NCBI GenBank assembly: GCA_943704425.1
Contig: CALSCP010000335.1
Coordinates: 161,406 to 225,405 of the forward strand
Source of the DNA: Ministeria vibrans ATCC 50519
Lineage: Eukaryota > Protista > Filasterea
DNA: 64,000 nucleotides
Reading direction: 5' to 3'
The translations under genes were made by a program, and so were the position numbers. The notes under the pieces are model-generated. The model was not told the DNA's origin. It worked only from the letters and a program-made list of their open reading frames with translations, and ran no database searches. Shown piece by piece: positions 63,030 through 64,000 of this stretch. Position 1 is the stretch's first letter, and each line of letters begins with the position of its first letter.

Positions 63030-64000
63030 CCGGGTCTCCCTTCAGGCTATGCGTTTGTGGACTACGAAGACGCGGCGAATGCGTTGCGCGCGTCGCAACA
63101 AATGGACGGTCAGTTATTGCATGGCTTGGCGCTTCGTATTGGCTGGGCGAAGAGCGGAGCAGGCGGTGGTGGTAGCGTTGGTGGTGGCGGTGGTGGCCAC
63201 CCACAACAGCATGGCGGATTCCCTGGCCACGGTGGTTACGCGGGTGGTGGTGGTGGTGGCTACCACCATCCGGGCGGCTACGGCGGCGGCTACGGCGGTG
63301 GTGGTGGCTACGGCGGCGGCCATGGCGGTGGCATGGAGGGCGGCGGCTATGACGGCGGCGGTGGCTATGGGGGTCGTGCTGGACCGATGCAGTCAATTTT
63401 TGTCGGAGACATTGCACACGAAGTGACAGACAAGATGCTCGCCGAGGCATTCTGCGAGTACGGCATGGTGACCAAGGCACGTGTGATGCGTGACCCGGTG
63501 TCGGGCAAGTCGCGTGGCTTTGCCTTTGTCGACTTCCACGAGGCGGCGTGTGCCGAGCGGGCTGTGGCGCAGGCGAACGGGATGATGCTGGGCTCGCGTG
63601 CGATCCGCTGCAACTGGGCAGCAAAGCGACCCAACCCGGGCATGGGTGGTGGTGGTGGTGGTGTCGGTGGCGGTGTTGGCGGCGGCATGGGCGGTGGATA
63701 CGGTGGCGGGTACGACGGCGGTGCTGGCCGTGGGGGCTACGCGGCCGCCCAGCCACCGTACGGCGGCGGCTACCCCGTTGATGGCGGCATGGGCATTGGG
63801 ATGATGCCACCCGTGGGTCCGCCGTTGCCCGTGGTCGGTGGCAGTGGTGTGTCACCTTTTGGCGCGCCCACTAGCAGCCTGTACGAGTCGCCTGAGGCGT
63901 CCTCGTCCCTCCGCACCATCTACTTGGGCAACCTTCCACCTAACGTGAGTGCCGAGCACATCACCGCACTCTTTAGTAGCGGTACTGGCGCCGGCGTGCT
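63030..64000 (+). CDS. TIA1/Pub1/UBP1-like multi-RRM protein with Gly-rich linkers; partial at both ends
   Basis: Open frame PGLPSGYAFVDY..., SIFVGDIA...RVMRDPVSGKSRGFAFVDF...RAIRCNWA, then the start of RRM3; runs off the window. Confidence 0.88.

Overview
Gene-dense, intron-rich draft eukaryotic sequence. Introns are short GT-AG, often filled with microsatellites or poly(A/T), and there are several N gaps. PLC-beta-like, TMEM138 and iduronate-sulfatase-like genes suggest a flagellated unicellular opisthokont, probably a holozoan (inference). Genes in order: PLC (5' partial), CPVL-like serine carboxypeptidase (-), a ~4,360-aa multi-ASH/Ig-like protein, a Glu/Arg-repeat CaaX protein (-), vigilin, an intronless DUF262 (GmrSD-N-like) gene (-), two orphan SRP14 5' exons, PRP8, clathrin heavy chain, an Aur1-like IPC synthase, PPIL2, ESF2/ABT1 (-), TMEM138, a gap, a FYR-PHD-DDT-WHIM chromatin protein (-), a truncated sulfatase and a TIA1-like RRM gene. 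The main finding is a 290-aa in-frame intein (37870-38739, CLAEGT...VVHN/C) in the RNase H-like domain of PRP8, while the canonical fungal PRP8 intein site is empty. The same PRP8 gene needs 4-nt and 10-nt microexons. It also has no obvious first exon, and the orphan SRP14 exons upstream can splice to it in frame.
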